Under the pieces are notes generated by a model. That model was not told where the DNA came from. It did not search any database and saw only the letters and a program-made list of their open reading frames with translations. A stretch of DNA of 64,000 nt from Isurus oxyrinchus (taxonomy: Eukaryota), in NCBI GenBank assembly GCA_026770705.1, contig JANJGN010000007.1, forward strand, positions 109,554,001 through 109,618,000. Direction: 5' to 3'. How positions within the stretch are numbered: position 1 is the first letter of the stretch; each line of letters starts with the position of its first letter. Positions 26,440 to 39,840 of this stretch are shown piece after piece. A program made the translations under genes and the position numbers.

Positions 26440-26576
26440 TTCTGGGCACATCTCTGCTGGGAAGAAATGGTACGTCTTTTAGGTTGTAACGAGCTGAGAG
26501 AAGTCATTGCCCCACCCATGGAACAAGTAAGAATAGTACGGGTCCATTTATAACCGTTTTAGGAGAATGCAGTCCG
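26440..26576 (-). pseudogene. Possible decayed transmembrane exon of gene B
   Basis: A pyrimidine tract ending CCG (not CAG), then hydrophobic GPVLFLLV / ILTCSMGGAMTSL in shifted frames, weakly resembling gene A MVGGLAF. Position fits, similarity is weak. Confidence 0.25.
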
Positions 26577-28319
26577 GTGGAGAAATTGGAAGAAAGCAAG
26601 AGTAACTGTTACCTTTGTAATATTACCCATTAATTTCAATGGACTGGGAGTGAGACTGTCTAACCAAAGCAGTAAAAACAATGCGAATTCGTCAATTTCC
26701 CATGTGTTACATATGACATGTCAGAAAATATGATTTGTTATATCTGCCCCGTTGCCTTCATGTCGCTATTTCTCCATGGCTCTGCTTTTTGTCCCGTTTT
26801 CTCTTTTCCTGTTTTTCTTTGCCTCCTTCTATCTTTCCATACATATACACATACACTGCCCCTCTCTCTTTCCCCGTGGTCTCTTGTTTCTCCACCTTTC
26901 ACTTCCTTTGTTATTTCCTTGAAGGTGCGATGTCGTGATGAAATAAGCTCCTGATGATTGCAGTTTTAACTAGCGACTGTACAGACAAGGAAAGTATCAT
27001 GACTGTTTCTACCTCTCCTTATAAATATGCATCTCTGTCTTTCATTCAATGCTTCTCAAGTGTTTTGGAGAGTATTTCCGTTTCTAGTCAAAAGTAGAGG
27101 AGACGTTTACAGGCTCTATGATTACTTCGAAAATCAACTCCATTTTGAAAAAATTACTGAAGTTAACACGTCTAAACAGTTCTTGGTCAGCTCAATGTGT
27201 TGTTTGAAGTGTATAGAACACAGAAAAGGTCAAAAATGCCTAAATAGTGCATTGTAATTTTCTCTCGTATTGCCTTTCCCACTGAGAAATGAACACCTTG
27301 ATATTGTTCAGATTAAACGTTACCAGAATCAAATTTTGATATTTGGCTTTTAGAGTCCCTTTTAAATAAGCGATAAATGATTGACAAAAAATACTGCTCG
27401 GGGCTAATAAAGTATACTCCACCAGTTCTGTTAACTGAATGGTATTGATGAATCCGAGGAAATTGGATTCACTGCACACCCTCTGAATCTATTTCAGATA
27501 ACAACATTACAGCTCTGTACAGAAATGTCAAGCACAAGCTTGGTTTTTGGAATAGTTTGAGGCCATCAAGTAAGATTTTAATGAACGTATCATATTACAC
27601 AAATGTTAATTCAACGGCTAAATGTAATGAACTTATGAAATGTATATTTTTATTTTTACAGTTCCAAAATCAGGTTATTTTTAATTTGCATGTTCTTATG
27701 ACCTGGCCCCACTAGCCTGATTCAACTCTGAAGTAATATTCCGAACTTATGCCATCTATACCAAATATTTTCCCTTCTCTCCAAACATGGAGCTTACGCT
27801 GTTCTAACGTTTCCTTAATACTTGGATTCACCCAGTCCAGTGCAAATGCCTCTTTTTTTTGTTGAATATTGATCACAATTGTATAGCGCAGCTCAAATGA
27901 GGTCCAACCAAATCATTATGAAGCTTCAAAACAATCTCTGTATATTTACAGAGATAATGGTCTGGCTATATTCGGTCTACCAATAGTTCTCCCTCATTGT
28001 CTAGACAATATAAGAGGTAACTCTGGTGTCAAGCTCCTCGTCCTTTTTTCCGAGCATTCCTACGTATATTTCATATTTCATCCAATGTAGTATTACCTTA
28101 TGCATTGTCATACAATATTCAACATTTTACATTTTCAGTAGTACATTTATTGTTATTTATCTTTCATAAGACATAACTATTGTTATGAATCGTCAACAAC
28201 GCCTCTCTTCCTACTCTCCCTATCATGGTTGCATTATTAATAAGCATTTAGGAATCTTGAGCAACATATAAGATAACCAGATTTTAAAAATCAGTATTTT
28301 TGATGCTTTTGGCATTTAC

Positions 28320-28612
28320 CTGCTATGAAAAGTAAGGCTGGCGTTGGCTGGGACCAGAAGAGAGACCGTGAGATACCAGACAGGTATAAACAGTCCCAGC
28401 TTGGGCAGGCTGGTTCTACAGCAAATTGCTGGAGACTTCATAAATTCCATCGGAGCTCTGTTGTTTAATGGTACGCGTGGCGATCAGAATTTCATCACTC
28501 TTATACTAAGACATTAAAATTTTCCCCGGATAAAAGTCAGCCGTTTTGCACAGGAGCAATAGAGAAGTAGACGAACCATCTTCAGGTGTTGAGGAGAACA
28601 TCTTTAATGGAG
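28320..28612 (-). pseudogene. Gene B Ig C1-set exon, disabled
   Basis: APLKMFSSTPEDGSSTSLLLLCKTADFYPGKILMS*YKSDEILIATRTIKQQSSDGIYEVSSNLL*NQPAQAGTVYTCLVSH, then a +1 frameshift (VSLLVPANAS). Stops at 28506-28508 and 28416-28418. AG|GTAAAT donor. Confidence 0.88.
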
Positions 28613-29159
28613 CTGAGGGTAGGAGATATTTAACGTAACATTATTTCCACTTACATTCGATTCCGTATGCATCTTCAAGGTAGCTTTCAACATAATTCAA
28701 ATTTAATTTATTTTCTTTGTATTTTGTTTTATAAATTAATACCTTTCAAACATTTCCTTTATATGCTCCATTATTTAACATCAAAACGCGTACGTCTCTT
28801 ACATATATGCATCAATTACTTGAAAAAACTGTATGTGTAAAAACACGACAAGAATGTGAAGCGCCCAGTGCCTCTCAACAAGAACATAAATCTTTTCTAT
28901 CACCGAGGACAGGAAAACCATTCACATTTCAGGTCATAGTTCCCCAGCTTTTCTTTCGGCGTTTTTTTCCTTTGATTGTTGCATAATCGAGGTATTCATC
29001 AAAAAGAAACGTTTCCGGAAATTCACGCTGTCATAAATTTTGAGACAGGTGGAAAAAAGTATGCTAAACACTCTCACCGTTTTACAAAATCTACAGGCAA
29101 ATTTCATTTAGACAAATCTTAAAATCCCAGAGCACAGAAGGAGTTATATGAATATACAC

Positions 29160-29560
29160 ACGAAGGTAACAACAAGGAGCAGGAGTAGGCCGTTCAGCCC
29201 CTCGAACCTGCTACCACATTCAATAAGTTCATGGCTGATCTAATAGTAACCTCAAATGCATCCCACCTACCCCCGATAACCTATCACCCCCCTGCTTACC
29301 AGGAACCTATCCACCTCTGTCTTAAAAATATTCAAAGACTCTGCTTCCACTATCTTTTCAGGAAGAGATTTCCAAAGACTCAGGAACCTCTGAGTGAAAA
29401 AAAATCGCGCCACTTCTGCTTTAAATGGGTGACCCTTTATTTTTAAACACTGACCCCTAGTTCTAGGTTCTCCCACAAGAGGAACATCCTCTCCACATCC
29501 ACCCTGTCAAGATCCAGGATCTTATATGTTTCAATCAAGTTGCCTCTTACTCTTCTAAAC
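29160..29560 (-). mobile_element. CR1 3' end in the gene B V-C1 intron
   Basis: ORF 29267-29476 (RTRGQCLKIKGHPFKAEVARFFFTQR) and a CR1 tail. Confidence 0.85.
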
Positions 29561-29971
29561 TAATTAAATATAACTTACGCTTCAATATCTCTCATCGTAT
29601 TTTTTAATCTGCAGCCCAATCGCTTCAATAAAGCGACTGTTAGCGATTATTCAAAATAATTTAAAATAGTGCAAACATTTTAAAAAGCAGAAATGTACCT
29701 GAGGTTCGCATTAATTCAGGATATTGATGATCCAAAATATTCTTGCTTTTCTCCAAACATATTTCCAATTATTTACAAAATTATCCCATTTAAAATCACC
29801 TTTTATATAATTAAATGCGAATCAGTCTCATTTCACTTTCGCTCTCCACTACAATCACAATTACAAAGTCTGACCCATAACCGCTGTCACTCCTCATCTC
29901 GGCATTGATGCTATACAACGTGTTGTGAGGCAGTCCTGTTTCATTCATCCCCTCCCTACAATCCCACTTAC

Positions 29972-30289
29972 CATGCACAAAGAGTGGGGACCCGGTCCCG
30001 TTTCCAAACACTATGTTATGAATTGTTACCTTGCAGAGATAGATTCCAGCATCATCCACACTTACATCGACGAGCTGGAAAGAGCCGCTCTCCTTTTTTG
30101 TGCGAAACTCTTTTCTCCAGTTTGATCCTGGTCGCAGCAGTGTGCTGTCGCCACCTTTCTACCAGTAAACATTTACTTCTGGGATATTTTGGAAGAGAGG
30201 AAAAGTGCAATAAAAGGTAACGGCTCGGCCTTTGATGGCGGTCACACGTTCAGGGACTTGCTGCACTTGAACAGATGCATCTAGAACAG
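29972..30289 (-). pseudogene. Gene B Ig VJ-type V exon with premature stop
   Basis: cttccAG acceptor, G|GTAAGT donor, 318 nt as in gene A. Translates AVLDASVQVQQVPERVTAIKGRAVTFYCTFPLFQNIPEVNVYW*KGG...DAGIYLCKVTIHNIVFGNGTGSPLFVH. TAG at 30159-30161. Confidence 0.92.
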
Positions 30290-30499
30290 CTGGAAGCCAA
30301 TTAATAAAACTGCGGTTATTCAGCGCACAAGAGTGTTAAATAACGTTAGGGGAAGGGGAAAAAACAGTGGTTATACATACAGAAAGAACACAGTTAAATC
30401 GGTTCAGTAAAACACAGTCTTATTGCACAGGTTCAAGCCTCTACATGCTATTTTTATATATTATTAATAAGCGGAGAAGAATATACAATAATAACAAAC

Positions 30500-30539
30500 C
30501 TGCATTGATAACCAACTGAGCGGTAATGCTGAAGCACAT
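30500..30539 (-). pseudogene. Gene B candidate leader exon
   Basis: MCFSITAQLVINA, then GCA G|GTTTGT phase-1 donor. 210-nt intron, same position as the gene A leader. Confidence 0.5.
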
Positions 30540-30919
30540 AGTTCCCAAACGTAGTCGGAGGCAAAAATCAAATTAGTCACTTCACGTGAATTAATATGTG
30601 TGGCGATCCCCGTGAAGGACATGGACTTGCAGCTTAATTAATGAATTGTGGTGACGCGTGATACGCAGTGTCTGATGTTGCGGGGTCAGTGAGCAAGTCA
30701 TTTATGAGCTAGGATCCATAGGGGCCGCTCAGTGCCTTAACTCCAAATGGAGCTATTTGTGGCTCATGAGCAATAAGCGGAAGAGAGGAATTCATTTGAA
30801 TCCAAATCAAAGTGTCGGACCCTAAAGTGTGCTGTATCAGTTGAACAACGAAGGTTTGTGGTCAACCTTAGTGGAGGAAGTGCAGTGCAGTTCAAATAAA
30901 CAGATTAGTCTCATTTGAA

Positions 30920-32330
30920 TATACGAACATACGAAATAGGAGCAGAAGTAGGCCATTCGGCTGCTCGAGCCCGCTCCACCATTCAATAAGACCATGGCTG
31001 ATCTGTTTGTGTTTCGAGCTCCACATTCCCATCCAACCCCGATAACCTTTGATTCTCTTGTCTATCAAGTATCTAACGACCTCTGCCTTAGAAATGTTCA
31101 ATGACCCCAACTCCACTGTCTTCCAAGGCAGGGAGTTCCAAAGTCGCACCGGCCTTTGAGAGAAAAAAAATTCTCCTTGTCTATGTCCTATAGGGGTGAT
31201 CACTAATTTTAAAACTGTGCCCCCTAGTTCTGGGCTCAGCCAAAAGAGAAGCATCCCTCCCACATCTACCTTGCCAAGACCATTCAGGATCTTATATATT
31301 TCAATCAAACCACCCTCATGCTTCTGAACCCCAGTGGAAACAAGCCCAGCCTGTCCAACCTATCCTCATAGGAAAACCTGCTCATTCCAGGTATCAATCC
31401 CGTAAAGCTCCTTTGAACTGCCTCCAATGTGTTTATATCCTTCCTTAACTATGAAGACCAAAATTGCGTAGAGTATTCAAGATGTGGTATAACTGAAGCA
31501 TAACAACCTTACTTTTATGTTAAATTCCTCTTGTAATAAAGGCTGGCATTCCACTAGCCTTCTTGATTACATGCTGTACTTGCATTTTAACTTATTTTGA
31601 TTCATGCACTAGAATACCTAGATCCCTCTGCACCTCAGAAATCTGCAGTCACTCTCCATTTAAGTAATGATCTGCTTCTTTTTATTCTCCCTGCCAAAGT
31701 AAACAACTTCACATTGTCCCACAGTATACGCCATCTGCCAGATTTTTGCCCACTCACTCAACTTATCTATATCTGCTTGAAAACACTTTATGTCTTTGTC
31801 ACAACATGACTTCCTTACTATTTTTGTGTCATCTGCAAATTTAGCTGCCACGCCTTCGCTCCACTTACCTAAATCATTGATGTAAATTGAGGCCCCAGCA
31901 CAGACACCTGCAGGACTCCACACATCACATCCTGCCAATCAGCCAAAGGCCCATTAACGCATACTGTCTGTTTTCTCCCAGCCAGCCAATCTTCTATCCA
32001 GGCTAATATATTACCTCGTATACTACGAGCTTTTATTTTCCACAATAACCTTTGATGTGGCACCTTATCAAATTCTTTCAGGAATTCCAAGGACAGGGTC
32101 ATCTCTATCTACCCACACTCCTTCAAAGAACTCTAATAAATTAGTTAAAAATGACTTTCTTTTGTTAAAATCATGCTGACTGTTCCCAATTACCTTGAGC
32201 TTTTCTAGTGCCCAACTATAATCTCTTTAATGATCCACTCCAATACTTACCCCATAACAGACATCAAGCTAACTTGCCCATAGTTTCCTGTTTTCTGCCT
32301 CACACCCTTCTTGAATAGAGGGATTACATT
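30920..32330 (-). mobile_element. 5'-truncated CR1 LINE
   Basis: ORFs 31869-32102 (FDKVPHQRLL), 31660-31938 (AKFADDTK) and 30892-31308. Confidence 0.9.
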
Positions 32331-32441
32331 TGAATATATGGGTTATATGTGACTGGAGTTAGTAAATACTCCAAGTTTTAGTGGTGCCTGAGTGATGTTT
32401 TGGCTGATCTATTATATTGTTATATTGTAATCTATTATGTA

Positions 32442-35400
32442 GGGGCATTAGCATAATGGTAATGATGGTGGATTTAATAATACATAGAGCTCAGGGAACA
32501 AGGATTCAAATCCTAACATGGCAGCTGATGGGATTTAAATTCGATTAATACATATGCAGTTGAAAGCTAGTCCCCATAATTGTGACTGTTTGACTTCTTT
32601 CCTTTTTTCATGGGATGTGGGCATCGCTAGCTAGGCCAACATTTATTGCCCGTCAATAATTGCCCTTCAAAACGTGATGGTGAGCTGCCTTCTTGAACTA
32701 CTGCAGTTCATATGGTGTAAGTACATTCACAGTGCTGTTAGGAAGGGAGTTCCAGGATTCTAACCCAGTGACTGTGAAAGAATGGTGATATTGTTCCAAG
32801 TCAGTGTGATGTGTAGCTTGGAGGAGACCTAGCATGTGGTGGTCTTCCCATGCATCTGCTGCTCTTGTCCTTCTAGATGGGAGAGGTCGTGGGTTTGGAC
32901 ACTGCTGTCAAAGGAACCTTTGTGAATTGTTGCAGCGATCCTTGTAGATAGCACACACTGCTGCTACTGTTTGGCAGTAGTGGAGGGAGTGAATGTTGAA
33001 GATGGTGTATGCAGTGCCAGTTAAGCAGGCTGCTTTGTCTTGGATTGTGTCAAGGTTCGTGAATGTTGTTGATGCTGCACTCATCCAGGCAAATGGATAG
33101 TATTCCATCACACTCCAGACTTGTGCATGGTAGATGGCAGAAAGGCTTTGGGGAGTCAGGAGGTGAGTTACTCACCACAGAATTCCAAGCCTCTGACCTG
33201 CTCTTGCAGCTGCAGTATTTATATAGCTAGTCCAGTTCAATTTCTGGTCAATGGTAACTCCCAGGATGTTGACGGTGTGGTATTCAGCAATGGCAATGCC
33301 ATTGAATGTCAGCGGGAGATGGTTGGATTCTCTCTTGAAAAGATGGTCATTGCCTGACACTTGTGTGTCACGATGTTACTTGCCACTTATCAGCTCAAGC
33401 CTGAATGTTGTCCAGGTCCTGATGCTGGTGGAACAAGTCATACCCAATAATGGTGATGACTGAGGCTGAGACATTGGTTGTAACGCACTGATTCAATATC
33501 TGAGAAGGCACAAATGGTGCTGAACAGTGTGCAATCATCAGCAAACATCCCCACTTCTGATCTTATGATGGAGAAAAGATTATTGATGAAGGAGCTGAAG
33601 GTGGTTGGGCCTAAGACACTACCATGAAGAGCTCCTGCAATGATGTCCTGGGACTTAGATGATTATGGTAAACGCCCATCTGGTTCACCAATGCCCTTTA
33701 AGAAATTAATTCCGCCACTATGACCTGTTCTGGCCTACATATGACTCCAGACCCATAGCAATGCAGTTGACTTTTTACAGTACCCTGAAATAGCCTAGAA
33801 GGCCACCCAGTTGTGCCAAAACTACTGCAGTCAAAAAGGGATAAAAACAGATGGACTACCCAGCACCAGCCTAGGCACAGGAAATGACAATTGTATGCCT
33901 TTCCCCGTTGACCCTGCAAAGTCCTTCTTACTAACATCTGTATGCAAGTACCAAAACTGGGAGAGCTGTCCCACAGGCTAGTCAAGCAATGGCCTGACAA
34001 AGTCATACTGCTAAAATCATACCTTACAGCCAAGGTCCCAGACTAAGCCATCACTCTTCCTGGGTATGACTTGTCCCACCAGCAGGAAAGACACACCAGA
34101 AGCGGTGACACAATGGTGTACAGTTGGGAGGGAATTGCCATGGGAGTACTCAACAATGAGGAGTGGAAGTCATTATGGCTGGGAGGAATTTACTACTAAT
34201 GTTTCTTTATGGCAAAAAAACTTGTTCATCAAGCAACATTACACTTTCAATTCCAAATTCTTAATGGTGTGGCGGAGTGATAGCAGAGAAAGAAAGAAAA
34301 GGAAGCAAATCCTGCACTCTGGATCTCACTACCTCATGGGATTTCCTGCCCCTTGTTCCTAAAGATGTGTGGGTTCATAACTGGATTGTTCAGTCACATG
34401 AAGGCCCATGTTAGAAAATCGGACCCTAAGTAGACATCACCCTCAAATCAAGGGAGAGTCGATGAAGACGACAGCTCAAAATTAAGTCTGGGTTACATGA
34501 AATCTTATGACATACAGGCAAACAAGGGCAATGAAACCTCCTGCTGATTACAATCTACTGCCCTCCCTTAACAGATGAATCTGTACTCCTTCATATTGAA
34601 CACTATTAGAACACATATATAGAACACATTAGAAGCAGCACTACAGGTACCACGAATACAAAATGTACTCCATGTGAGGGACTTCAATGTCCATCATCAA
34701 GAGTGGACGTGTCCTGCAGGACATATATACCAGACTGGGCCTGCAGTAGCTTGTGACGGAACCAATAAAAGGAAAAAAACCTACTTGCCTTACCCTGACC
34801 AAGTTACCAATTATAAATGTATCTGTCCGTGACAGTATTGGTTGGAGTAGCCACAGACAATTCTTGTGGACCCATTTTCACACTGAAGATACCATCCATT
34901 ATGTCCTGTGGCACAACTACCATTCTAAATGAGATAGGTTCAGAATGGATCTAACAGTTCAAAACTGGGCATCCAGGAGGTGCTGAGGCATCAGGAGTAG
35001 CAAAATCATATTCAATCACAATCTCTAACCTCATGGACTGTCATTCTATCTTTCGGATAAATCCAGAGAATTAGCCCTAATTCAATGAGGAATGCAGTAG
35101 CACATGCTAGGAGCAGCAGCCAGAATACCAGACATTGAGGTGCCAACCTGGCGAAGCTACAACACAGGACGGCATGCATGCTAAACAGTGGAGCAGCATG
35201 CGATAGACAGAGCAAAGTAACCTGACAACTAATGGAACAGATCAAAGATCTGTGGATCTGTCACATCCAGTTGTGAATTATGGTGGCTAATTAAACAACT
35301 AAATGGAGACGGAGGCTCCATAAATATCCCCATCCTCAATGATGGGGGATCTCAGTGCATCAGTGCAAAAGACAAAGCTGAATTTGCAGCCATCTTCAGC

Positions 35401-37112
35401 CAGAAGTGCCGAGGGTAAGATGTATCTCAGCCTTCTCCTGAGTTCATCACTATCACAGATGCCAGTCCTCAACCAATTTGATCCAACCCACATGATATCA
35501 ACAAATGACTGAAGGCAGTGGTTAGAACAAAGGCTATGGGCCCTGGCAGCATTCCAATAGTTGTGTTGAAGGCCTGTGCTCCAGAATTAGCTGCTCTTTG
35601 AGCCAAGCTGTTCCAGTACAGGTACAATACTGGCATGTACCAGAATGTGGAAAATTTCCCAGGTATGTCCTGCCAACAAAAACCAGGATAAATCCAAACT
35701 GACCAATCATTGCCCCATCAATCTACGCTCAATCTTCAGCAAAGTTTTGAAAGGAGTGATCCACTGTGCCATCAAGCAACATTTACACACCAATAACCTG
35801 CTCACTGATGATTAGTTTTGGTTCTGTCTGGGCCACTCATCCCCTGAACTCATTACAGCCTTGATTGAAATATGAACAGAAAAATTGAATTGAAGAGGTG
35901 AGGTGAGAGTGACTGCCCTTAATATCAAAACAGCATTTGACAGAATGTGTGAAATCTGTGAGGCCCAGCAAAACTCAATTCAGAGGGAAGTCTTTGGAAG
36001 GGGTGGGGAATGTGGGGGGGGTGGGGGGTGGTAGGGAATCCCTCCACTGGTTTAAATCATAACTAGCACAAAGGAAGATGGCTGTGGTTGCTGGAGGCCA
36101 ATCATCTGGCCCCCAGATTTCATTGCAGGAGCCCCTTATGGTAGTGTCCCAAGCTCAAGCATCTTAATCTGCTTCATCAGCCATCTCCCCTCCATCATAA
36201 GGTCAGAAATAAAGATGTTTATTGATGATTGCACATTGTTCAGTACCATTTGTCATTCTTCAAATATGAAAGCAGTCTATGACCAATATGTAACAAGGCC
36301 AGAACAACATCCAGGCTTGGGCTGATAAGTGACAAATAACACTGATGTCACACAAGTGTCAGGTAATTACCATTTCCAAAAAGAGAGAACCTAATCATCT
36401 CCCCTTGACATTAAAGAGCATTTCCATTGCTTAATGCCTCACCATACACATCCTAGAGGTTACCATTGACCAGAAACTTAATTGGGCCCACCATATAAAT
36501 ACTGTTTACAAGAGGTCAGATGCTGGGAATTCTGCTGCAAGTAATGTACATCATGAGTCTCAAAAACCTGTCCACCATCTGCAAGGCACAAGTCTGGAGT
36601 TAGGTGGATTACTCTCCATGTGCCTGGATGATTGTGGCTCCAACGACACTCAAGAAGCTCAACACCATCTAGAACAAAGCAGCCTGCTTGAATCATACTC
36701 CATCCGTTATCTTAAACCTTCCCTCACACCACCAATGACCACCATGGCAGTCGTGATTACCATATAGAAGATGTACTGTAGCAACTCGCCAAGCCTCCTT
36801 CAATAGCCCCTTCCAAACCCGTGACCTCTTCCACATAAAAGGACAAAGGCAAAGGCATGAGGTCAGTACCAACTGCAGGTTCCCCTCCCAGACACACACC
36901 ATCCTGATTTGGAACTATGTCACTTTTCTTTCACTGTGGCTGGGTGAAAAACCTGGAACTCCCTTCCTAAAAGCACTGTGGGTGTACCTGCACCAGGTGA
37001 AATGCAGAAGTTCAAGAGGGCAGCTCACCACCATCTTCTTGAGGACGATTAGGTCTGGGCACCGAATGCTAGCCCTGCCTGCGATACACACATCATGTGA
37101 AACAACATTAAA
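32442..37112 (+). mobile_element. Full-length decayed LINE family B: tRNA-like head, short leader, APE-RT ORF remnant, 3' tail
   Basis: A-box TAGCATAATGG at 32449-32459 and B-box GGATTCAAATCC at 32502-32513. The leader resumes at ~33667 after a nested copy. Endonuclease start at ~33910 (VPKLGELSHRLVKQ.PD.VIL), DFNVHH at ~34680, RT at ~35700-36300, tail at ~37040-37112. Confidence 0.8.
32600..33665 (-). mobile_element. LINE family B copy nested in the leader of another family B copy
   Basis: ORFs 33172-33360 and 32908-33111, closely similar to 250-1090. Confidence 0.85.
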
Positions 37113-38789
37113 AAAACATAGGTTGAGCTCAGCCTGACCTGCAGCCACAACCTGCTTTAAAAAGGTTGCACTTTATGTAGTCAGTCTTTGAAAAGGAGAA
37201 TAGGTGAGAATGAACAGGGCATTCATTCATTCATTGAAGTCGATGCTGCGTGAAGCCGTAGGAAGTTCAGGAGGTTACCTGGGCACCATTAAAATGAAGT
37301 CAAGTTATACTGCAGATGGTGTGCATTAAACTAACCTTTTTTATTCTTCATTCATGGGATGTGGGAATCGCTGACTAAGCCAGCATTATTGCCCATCCCT
37401 CAGTACCCTTGAGAAATTGGTGGTGAGCTGCCTTCTTGAACAGCTGCAGTCCATTTAGTGCAGGCACTTTATAAACAGCTTTACAAAAATCCTGAAAAGG
37501 TTTAGAAATTTGAGCTCTGAAAGTTTAAGATGCTGCCAGCCAGGTTTAACACTGAACACTTGTATCCCCCTTCTTATCGCTATTGATAATATGTACCCAT
37601 AGAAGGCGCTCCCTATGCGATTGTTGTATTCGGCATTCCACTCACCCTGCCTCTTGCTATGTAGTTTCTTTTTTTTTATCTCATTTCAGCTCATTCTCCT
37701 CCTTCTCCCTCTACCCAATCCCCACAACCTTCAGTGCACTCAATTACCTTTCCTGGTCCATATTCTTGAGTGCATTATATTTGTAGCTCTCTTTGTCACC
37801 AACTCTCCTTCTTTGAAAAAATTCATTGTTCCAAAAATAAAGCAGACAATTTACCCATCTATTCATTTTTCTTAGAACTCTCTCCAATCTTTTTTTCCTC
37901 TCTAAGGCCCATGTTATCACCTCCTACACCTCGTCTCCCCTCAATTTGCTTACCTGAAAACAATTCCATACTGAAAGGATAAGCAGTCACAGAGTCAGAT
38001 TCCATTAATATGCAGATTATATCTCCCTATCATTCCAGAAGACACCACACCTGCATCGACACTCTTGGAATGCCTGACAGAATGAGGTCATGGTTCAGTC
38101 TTATTTCCCATAGCTGACCTGGGAAGACTTAAATCTCACCTAAAAGTTGTTCCATTAATTGTCACAGATTACAGCTGCTCCCTGGCCAATCACCCAAGTC
38201 AAAACAGCCCATGCAAAAATTGGATCTCCTGTTTGAAGATGAGACAGCTGCAAACATTTTATCACCAAGATTGTTGACTTTTCTCACCAAAGCGCATTAT
38301 CTTCTCTTTCCTACCTTGCTCTCAGCACTCCCAAAATCATTCGCTACACTACCATCACATTCAGATTCGATTGTTTTTCAATATCTTCCTCCACAGCCTC
38401 CATTAATCCTCATTCCATAAACCCATTATTGTTAAGTCTCAACCACTTTCCCATAACCTACACTAAGCCCTGTTCAACCCTCACCCCTAACCTCCTGCAC
38501 TCCCCATCCTCAATGGGAAGTGAATGGAAGTCAGTTTCTTGACACAGACTCGCTGCTATCAAATCATTGAGTTTAAACTCCCATTGTAATGTTCAAATCT
38601 CTCCATAAATTCACACAGTCTACCTTTGCAAGCTTTTCCAACCTTATGACACCCATAAACCTCCTAACTGACTGATATATATGCCCAGCCTTCATGCTAG
38701 CACTGGTGGCAGATCTTACTGCTTCAACCCTGCTGCCTGAAACTCCTTTCCAAAATAATTATACATCTGCATCTCCCCAAGCTCAAGAA

Positions 38790-39840
38790 GGAGCCGCAGA
38801 AAAACTGAAGTTAACAGAGATCGGGGGAAATCTTTCCAATAGCTGTAGTCATACCTGGCAGGAAAATGATTGTGTTTGTTGGAAACTAATCATCTCACCC
38901 CCTGGGCTGCAACAGTTCCATGGGGTATTTTTCCCGGCCCAGCTCTCTTCATCTACTTAACCAATTACATTCTGTCTATTTTAAGGTCAGCAGTGGGGCT
39001 GTTTGCCAATGATTGCACAGTGATCAGTTTTACTTGCAATTCCTCATATTTAGTTCAACCCTTCACATGCAAGATCTTGGGCACTATCTAAAACTTGGCC
39101 GACAATTTACAAGATTCATGCCATACAAGATCCAAATAATGACCATCTCCAATGTAAGGGATCCTAGCCAGTTCTCCTTGACAGTTAACCTAATTACAGC
39201 TGCAAAATCCCCCACCATCTTTGATTTGGAGGTAACCAGTGACTGGAACATGAACTGGAACAGCCATAATTGCTGTGGCCACTAGAGCATATCAGAGACT
39301 GAGTGTTTTGCAGTGACTGGCTTACCTCCTGACTCCCCAAAGCGTCAACACCATTAAACTGAGCAAGTCAGGAGCATGATGGAAAATCGCCCACTTTTCT
39401 GGAAAGGTGCAGCTACATCAACATTTAAAAAATAAACTTGAAACTATCCAAGAGACAGTTTGATTAAACTGTGTATAACCAATTGGCCTAATGTCTAACT
39501 TTCCACACTTCTGCATGATGGCTGCAGTAGATACTATCTTCAGGATTCACTGCAATAATTCTTCAATGCTTCTTCAACAAAACCTCCATAACCTGAAATG
39601 GAAAAGTCAGTAGGTGCATAGAAACTCTGTCACCTTGAAGTTTCCCTGAAAGTCACGCAACATTCTGAACTGGACATATACCAAAGTTCCTTCACCATGA
39701 ATCAAAATCCTGGAACTCACTACCTAACAGCATTGTGGAAGGATCTTTGTGATAAAGAGTGCAGCTGTAGAAGAAGAAGGTTTGCTGCCCTCTCCTCAAG
39801 GGCAACTAGAGGTGAACAATAAATGCCAGCCCACATCTGG
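38790..39840 (+). mobile_element. Old LINE family B 3' fragment
   Basis: RSAVGLFANDCTV (RT motif) in ORF 38870-39091. Tail AAGGGCAACTAGAGGTGAACAATAAATGCC at ~39798. Confidence 0.7.
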
